Positions 58,613 through 64,000 of a stretch of 64,000 nt of DNA are shown here, piece by piece. Both the position numbers and the translations under genes were made by a program. Where the stretch lies: the NCBI GenBank assembly GCA_022792295.1, contig JAAWAR010000111.1:11447-75446 (forward strand), given 5' to 3'. The DNA comes from Lachnospiraceae bacterium. Its GTDB lineage: Bacteria > Bacillota > Clostridia > Lachnospirales > Lachnospiraceae. The first letter of the stretch is position 1, and the number at the start of each line of letters is the position of its first letter. The notes below the pieces were generated by a model. The model was not told where the DNA came from, made no database searches, and saw only the letters and a list, made by a program, of their open reading frames with translations.

Positions 58613-60916
58613 ATGAACGAGAGCAGAAAGCTGATTAACTGGGTGGCGGGGGTCTCGACCCTGATCGTCGCCCTTCTTATCATTATTGTAGTAAATGAGC
58701 CGCAAAGGGATCAGGTATCCCGGGCATCCGCGGCACGTGCGGTAGCGCTGACGGTAGCCGCAAAGAGCGAAATTCTGGCATCCGCGCCAAAGACCTCCTG
58801 GTTTCCGGAGGAGCTGCAGAGTGAGTGGTACGTAAAATACATGGATTATCTGTATGAGAAGGGACTGTTAGACCCCGAAACATGTCCGCCGACTGAGGAG
58901 AGCGCGCTTTCCGGGGTCACGCGGGGAGATCTCTCGGATATGCTGACGGGACAGGGTCTTGCGGAGGAAGCGCCTGCGTCTCTTTCGGAATATATTCTCG
59001 AAAAGGGAGCAAAAAAGGCGCAGAGAAGGATTGGGAAGTCGGAGTTCTGGGAATTTTACGATATGTTCCGGGAAGCGGCGGACCCGAGAGGCGTCGTGCA
59101 TGAGCTGGTGACGGACGTGTACGGAACGCCGAACAATGTGGCAGAGGCAGCGCCGTGGACAGCCTACACCCGAGATGGAAAATTTTTGTTTGAGGGACTG
59201 TATCTGGATGCCTGCATTGACAAAAATGTGCGGCTTTTAGTGCGGGACTCGGATATTTTGAAGGTTGAGGAGATCATATCTTCAGAAATCGTTTATGAGA
59301 ATGCCTGGATCTCCGGTGTGTCTGAAGCCGGTGTAACGGTTTTCATCGGTAATATCAAACGAGAGTTTCCGGTCAAGGGTGTCTTACAGGATGAGGAGGA
59401 GATCTCCGGGCAGATCGGTGATCTCTATTTAAAAAACGGGACGCCGAACCGGCTTGTGTTAAAGAAAGAGCGGATTACGGGGACGGTCCTGGCGGTGCGG
59501 GATGAGGAGATCGAGATCGAAGGCTACGGAAATGTGCCGCTTTCCCCCAATTTTAAAATTTATCGTACATATGGAGTCCTGAAGGAGCAGCAGAAGAAGG
59601 ACATTCTTGTGGGTTATCATATGCAGCAGTTCGTCGTGGCGGGCGGAGAGATTTGTGCGGCTCTGACGACGGAACGGCCTGAGATTGACACGATCCGCGT
59701 TCTTTTGATGAGCGATCAGTATCAGTCGCTGTTTCACGAGGAGATTACACTGTCCTGCGATTCGATGGCTGTCCTGGAATACGGCGGTGAAAAGGAAAAA
59801 CAGAGCCGGTCGGTAGCGGCTGGCGAGAAGGTAACAATAGCAGCGGATGATGAGCGGCTGGCCGGCGGGCGTATGATATTCCGCTCTGCCAATGAGGGCG
59901 GAATGATCACCGTGGAAAGTATTTCGCGCGGCCAGGGAACGCCGGTCTATCCCGGGCATATGGAGATCACCAGGGAGACGGCCGGGCTCCTTCTTTTAAA
60001 CGAGGTTGATCTGGAGGAGTATTTAAAGCGGGTCGTGCCGAGCGAGATGCCGCAGAGCTATGAGCTGGAGGCCCTGAAGGCGCAGGCGATCTGTGCGAGG
60101 ACATATGCCTGGAAGAAAATCCAGGATAATACGTATTCCAAGTTCGGCGCGCATGTGGATGACAGCACCAATTATCAGGTGTACAACAACATGGAAACCT
60201 ATGAATCGACCGACCGGGCCGTCAACGAGACGTTCGGCCAGCTTCTTGCCTGGGGGGATACGGTGATCGAGGCGTTTTACTATTCCACCTCGTGCGGATA
60301 CGGGACCGACGGGAGTGTGTGGGGATCCGATTCGTCAAGCATTCCCTATCTGAAAGCGGTTCCGATCAGTGAGGCAGGGACACCTGCAGATCTGACAAAC
60401 AATGAGGCGTTTGCCGCTTTTATTAAGAATATGGACGCTGAAGCCTACGAGTCTGAATTCGCCATGTTTCGCTGGCAGGTCACGACGACCAGCCAGATTC
60501 TTGACGAGAAGATTGACGGTGTGGGCCGGATCACAGGTCTTGCGGTCACGGAGCGCGGGCCGGGCGGAGTTGCCAGGAAATTAAAGGTTGTAGGGACCGA
60601 GGGGGAAAAGACGTTCCAGGGGCAAAGCCGGATCCGAAATGTGCTCGGAAATGAACGGCTTACATTGACAAGAAAGAATGGGAGCACGGCGCAGGGATTT
60701 GATTCCCTGCCAAGCGGCTTTATTTACATTGAGAATGCAGGGACAGATGAGAACCATGTGACGAGTTTTGTAATTTATGGTGGCGGTTCGGGCCATGGAG
60801 CGGGCATGAGCCAGAACGGGGCGCAGGCAATGGCAAAAAAGGGAAAGGGCTGTAAGGAGATTTTGCAGTTTTTCTATGATTCGTGCGAAGTGGTTGACAT
60901 TGGGGATGTAGAGTAA
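58613..60916 (+). CDS. SpoIID/LytB domain protein
   Basis: LEEYLKRVVPSEMP..EALKAQAICARTY, DDSTNYQVY, GHGAGMSQNGA; N-terminal TM. Confidence 0.92.
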   Translation: MNESRKLINWVAGVSTLIVALLIIIVVNEPQRDQVSRASAARAVALTVAAKSEILASAPKTSWFPEELQSEWYVKYMDYLYEKGLLDPETCPPTEESALSGVTRGDLSDMLTGQGLAEEAPASLSEYILEKGAKKAQRRIGKSEFWEFYDMFREAADPRGVVHELVTDVYGTPNNVAEAAPWTAYTRDGKFLFEGLYLDACIDKNVRLLVRDSDILKVEEIISSEIVYENAWISGVSEAGVTVFIGNIKREFPVKGVLQDEEEISGQIGDLYLKNGTPNRLVLKKERITGTVLAVRDEEIEIEGYGNVPLSPNFKIYRTYGVLKEQQKKDILVGYHMQQFVVAGGEICAALTTERPEIDTIRVLLMSDQYQSLFHEEITLSCDSMAVLEYGGEKEKQSRSVAAGEKVTIAADDERLAGGRMIFRSANEGGMITVESISRGQGTPVYPGHMEITRETAGLLLLNEVDLEEYLKRVVPSEMPQSYELEALKAQAICARTYAWKKIQDNTYSKFGAHVDDSTNYQVYNNMETYESTDRAVNETFGQLLAWGDTVIEAFYYSTSCGYGTDGSVWGSDSSSIPYLKAVPISEAGTPADLTNNEAFAAFIKNMDAEAYESEFAMFRWQVTTTSQILDEKIDGVGRITGLAVTERGPGGVARKLKVVGTEGEKTFQGQSRIRNVLGNERLTLTRKNGSTAQGFDSLPSGFIYIENAGTDENHVTSFVIYGGGSGHGAGMSQNGAQAMAKKGKGCKEILQFFYDSCEVVDIGDVE

Positions 60917-61367
60917 AGGGGCGAACTTTACTGCTTTTGTCCACCGAGGGTATATAGGTTTAAGCAGACAGTACACTTGTGTACTGTCTGTGCTGTATTG
61001 GCTAAAACTTGGCAGGATACATTTTCGCCGGCAAGGCAAAGGAGGAAAGCGATGCGGGAACCTTTGCTTTGCCGGCGGAAATTGTATCATCTATCTATTT
61101 CGCTATGCTGTTTTTTCGATCACACAAGTGCAAAATACGCAGTACAGCCGCACGGTGTCTCTGGCTTTGCATCTGCATGCGCAAAAAAGCATCCCAACCC
61201 GGACAGAAAGGGATTTGGCATGATGGATGCAAATCGAGCCGGTGTTTGAAAGTAAATGCTTTTGCAGTTCGCTTGCTGCCTGCATTCCTGTATGAAACAG
61301 GATAAAATAATAGAATATTTCTAATTATGGAACTATTGGTAAGCAAAGCAATATAAATGGGGTGCGA

Positions 61368-62582
61368 TTATCTGCGATATAAATAACATGGCAGACCGTT
61401 TACTATAGTGTGTTCTGGTTCCCCCTGGATCAGAGGAAGAATGTAGGGGAGAAAAGCCGGGAGAATATCGTTGCCGGCGGGTGCAATCCACTCCCGGGGG
61501 AATTTTTTCTCCAGATTGCAGATTGCGGTCACGTTTTGAGTAAGGCAGGTGATTTGGTAGGGATCGTCGGCTTCGCGCCGAAAGGCGATCATTTTTCCGG
61601 TCTCACCTGCCAGCGCGGCCCTGACGCCTTCGGCGCCTGCCAGGGCGGCTTCGTGGATGTCGGTTTCGGAGGCGAGCATGCCGCTGCAGCGCTGGCTGAC
61701 ATTGAGCTCAATAGAACGGGCTTTGACGCCAAACCGTTCCCGGACAAAGGATTCCAGGATCTCGCCGCAGCCGGTCAGCATCTTGTGCCCGAAGGAGTCA
61801 AGCTTGGCGGCATCGGAGTATTCGCAGACGAAGGTTCCGCCGGCGTCGGCGATTCCCTCAGAAACGCAGACTACGACTTGAGAGCTTTTTGCGAATGCAT
61901 GTTCCAGGTCGGCTGCGAATTGCTCGAGTGAGAAGGGGGTCTCCGGCAGGTAGATCAGATACGGGTTATCTCCCTCAAATTTTCTTGCAAGGACACTGGC
62001 AGCCGTAAGCCAGCCGGCGTGACGCCCCATAATTTCGACGATGGTGACGGCTCTTTGCTGGTAGACGGATGCATCCAGCGTGATTTCACGGACTGTGGCA
62101 GCGACATATTTGGCCGCACTTGCGAAGCCGGGCGTGTGGTCGGTCAGGACGAGGTCGTTGTCAATGGTCTTGGGGATGCCAATAAAGCGGACGTCGCTTT
62201 TGGTCATGGCCGCATAGCGGGACAGCTTGTCTACGGTGTCCATGGAGTCGTTGCCGCCAATGTAAAGGAAGAAGCCGATGTTCATCTCACGGAAGTTGTC
62301 GAAGATAGCCGGATAGACAGCGTCCTGCAGATCTTCGGGCAGTTTATAACGGCAGGAACCGAGATAGGCGGCCGGTGTATGGGCAAGGAGCGCAAGGTCA
62401 TGTTCGGAAAGCGTTTCGGAGAGATCTACGGTCTGGTCGGCTAAAAAGCCTTCGATTCCGTTGAGCATGCCGAGGGCATGTCCCGGCTGGCCGGCTTCCT
62501 TCCAGGCTTTGACAGCCCCAAAAAGGCTTGCATTGATTACGGCGGTCGGACCGCCGGATTGTCCGATTATAAGATTCTTCAT
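61368..62582 (-). CDS. 6-phosphofructokinase, PPi-dependent signature
   Basis: QSGGPT, GGNDS (Asp), PKTIDND (Lys), MGR. Confidence 0.9.
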   Translation of the reverse strand: MKNLIIGQSGGPTAVINASLFGAVKAWKEAGQPGHALGMLNGIEGFLADQTVDLSETLSEHDLALLAHTPAAYLGSCRYKLPEDLQDAVYPAIFDNFREMNIGFFLYIGGNDSMDTVDKLSRYAAMTKSDVRFIGIPKTIDNDLVLTDHTPGFASAAKYVAATVREITLDASVYQQRAVTIVEIMGRHAGWLTAASVLARKFEGDNPYLIYLPETPFSLEQFAADLEHAFAKSSQVVVCVSEGIADAGGTFVCEYSDAAKLDSFGHKMLTGCGEILESFVRERFGVKARSIELNVSQRCSGMLASETDIHEAALAGAEGVRAALAGETGKMIAFRREADDPYQITCLTQNVTAICNLEKKFPREWIAPAGNDILPAFLPYILPLIQGEPEHTIVNGLPCYLYRR

Positions 62583-62738
62583 AAAAATTCTCCAATCTGC
62601 GTTATTGTTTTTGCGGTTTCAAAATCCATTATAAAAAAGAAGGCAGAGAAAAGCAACAAAAAATAATCTGCTTGCTTTATATGGGGGTAAGGAGTATAAT
62701 AAAAAGAATAAATCATGCTTGAAAGGAGGATCGGCGAG

Positions 62739-63029
62739 TTGAGAGGGAAATTATTTGCCGGGTTTGCTGCACTTTTCGTATGTGCCGTTCCGATGACGGC
62801 GTTAGCATGTGGACCATGCGGCGCGAGAGCGGCATCCTGCTCTGTTTCCGGTTGCCGGATTGAACGTGCACATGAGCACTGCGGCTACTGCGGCGGTGCA
62901 GAGCATGAGGCCTGTGAATACTGCGACAGTACGGAGCACTGCAGCTGGCTGCATGACTATACGCAGGCAGAGTATTCGCACCATAGAGAGAGCGGCCATT
63001 CTCACGGACATGGGAGACATCATTCGTAA
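62739..63029 (+). CDS. Small secreted Cys/His-rich hypothetical protein
   Basis: Promoter TTGCTT-N17-TATAAT (62672-62700), GGAGG RBS, TTG start, signal peptide ending ALA, CxxC and His clusters. Confidence 0.6.
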   Translation: MRGKLFAGFAALFVCAVPMTALACGPCGARAASCSVSGCRIERAHEHCGYCGGAEHEACEYCDSTEHCSWLHDYTQAEYSHHRESGHSHGHGRHHS

Positions 63030-63300
63030 CAGAAGCCATATAGACATAAGGAAAGAATCGCTGCCCACTGACGGACAGCGATTCTTTTGATTTTTGTTCG
63101 GAATCGTGTGGTGCCGGCGGCCTATCGTTTGGTTTCGGTTCCGGTTTCTTTCCTGTACATCAGCATTTTTCCACATAATAAATCATGGACAGAAAAGAGG
63201 GGATATGCTACAATATATCCTGAACACGGAACCTGCGGGGAGACTCTGCCATGTGCGGGAAACCTTGAAAGTACAGGTATTTGGAAACGGAGGCAGGAGT

Positions 63301-63657
63301 ATGAAAGGATGGATTAACAATAAATTGGGCAAAATCCAGATTGATACCGATGTGATCGCCCTTTATGCCGGGATGACGGCGGTGGAATGCTTTGGGATCG
63401 TCGGTATGGCCGCGGTCAGTATGAAGGATGGACTGGTAAAGCTCTTAAAACGTGAAAGCCTGACCCATGGAATCAACGTGACGCTCAATGACAATGCAAT
63501 CAGCATCGACTTCCATGTAATCGTATCCTACGGTGTCAGCATCTCGACGGTTGCGGACAACCTGATTGAAAGTGTGAAATACAAAGTAGAAGAATTCACA
63601 GGAATGCCGGTGGAAAAAATCAACATTTTTGTTGAAGGCGTCCGCGTGATAGATTAA
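63301..63657 (+). CDS. Asp23/Gls24 family protein (YloU-like)
   Basis: ECFGIVGMA, HVIVSYGV, VKYKVEEFTG..V..INIFVEGVR. Confidence 0.92.
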   Translation: MKGWINNKLGKIQIDTDVIALYAGMTAVECFGIVGMAAVSMKDGLVKLLKRESLTHGINVTLNDNAISIDFHVIVSYGVSISTVADNLIESVKYKVEEFTGMPVEKINIFVEGVRVID

Positions 63658-63671
63658 GGAGGAAGCAGTCC

Positions 63672-64000
63672 ATGGTGATAAAATCCGTAGATGCAGAACG
63701 GTTGAAGAAAGCAGTTCTGGCTGCCGCCAAAAGTCTGGAAGCAAAAAAAGAATGGATCAATGAATTAAATGTATTTCCGGTTCCCGACGGGGATACGGGT
63801 ACGAATATGACGATGACCATTATGGCGGCTGCAAAGGAAGTAGCGGCGCTTGAGGAGCCTACAATGGCTTCCATTGCGAAGGCTCTTTCCTCCGGATCTC
63901 TGCGGGGGGCGCGCGGAAACTCCGGTGTAATCCTGTCGCAGCTTTTCCGCGGCTTTACAAAGGAGATTGCGCCGGTCGATGAAATCACGGTCACGACACT
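63672..64000 (+). CDS. DAK2 domain protein (YloV/FakA), runs off right edge
   Basis: INELNVFPVPDGDTGTNM, GARGNSGVILSQ. Confidence 0.92.
   Translation, partial: MVIKSVDAERLKKAVLAAAKSLEAKKEWINELNVFPVPDGDTGTNMTMTIMAAAKEVAALEEPTMASIAKALSSGSLRGARGNSGVILSQLFRGFTKEIAPVDEITVTT

Noticed and set aside
1-64000. CRISPR array, tRNA, rRNA, prophage
   Set aside because: No regularly spaced direct repeats, cas genes, tRNA/rRNA signatures or phage genes seen by eye

Overview
Chromosomal window from a Clostridia/Lachnospiraceae-like firmicute (inferred from gene content: SpoIID, Asp23-DAK2, BclA-like spore protein, sigmaA promoters). Left third: carbohydrate and amino-acid uptake/catabolism loci (DUF5107 + sugar ABC + creatininase; LysR-M20-YfcC; GntR-TRAP-UxuA; RpiR-gnd-hxlB-gntK) with several decayed genes. 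Centre, the main finding: a Hin-type serine invertase (29724-30323) followed by a ~118-bp segment bounded by two inverted 26-bp hix-like sites. The segment holds a near-consensus sigmaA promoter that currently points away from the downstream genes (OFF). Next comes a TnpB with all three RuvC catalytic residues replaced (TldR-like), an apparently intact omegaRNA scaffold with a putative guide, and an ~19-kb surface-glycan cluster (GT-B/propeller protein, radical SAM, GT2, four RgpF paralogues, C-methyl-sugar enzymes, GT32, CDP-alditol module). I read this as a phase-variable glycan locus carrying its own RNA-guided DNA-binding regulator; the function is inferred, not shown. Right third: aroF with a Phe/Tyr-rich leader-peptide attenuator, aroE, aroK, an EF-G/TetM-like GTPase-NYN fusion, two tandem 6S-like RNAs, an AI-2E transporter, a SpoIID protein, PPi-type PFK, Asp23 and DAK2. 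All family calls are by motif recognition; no database search was run.
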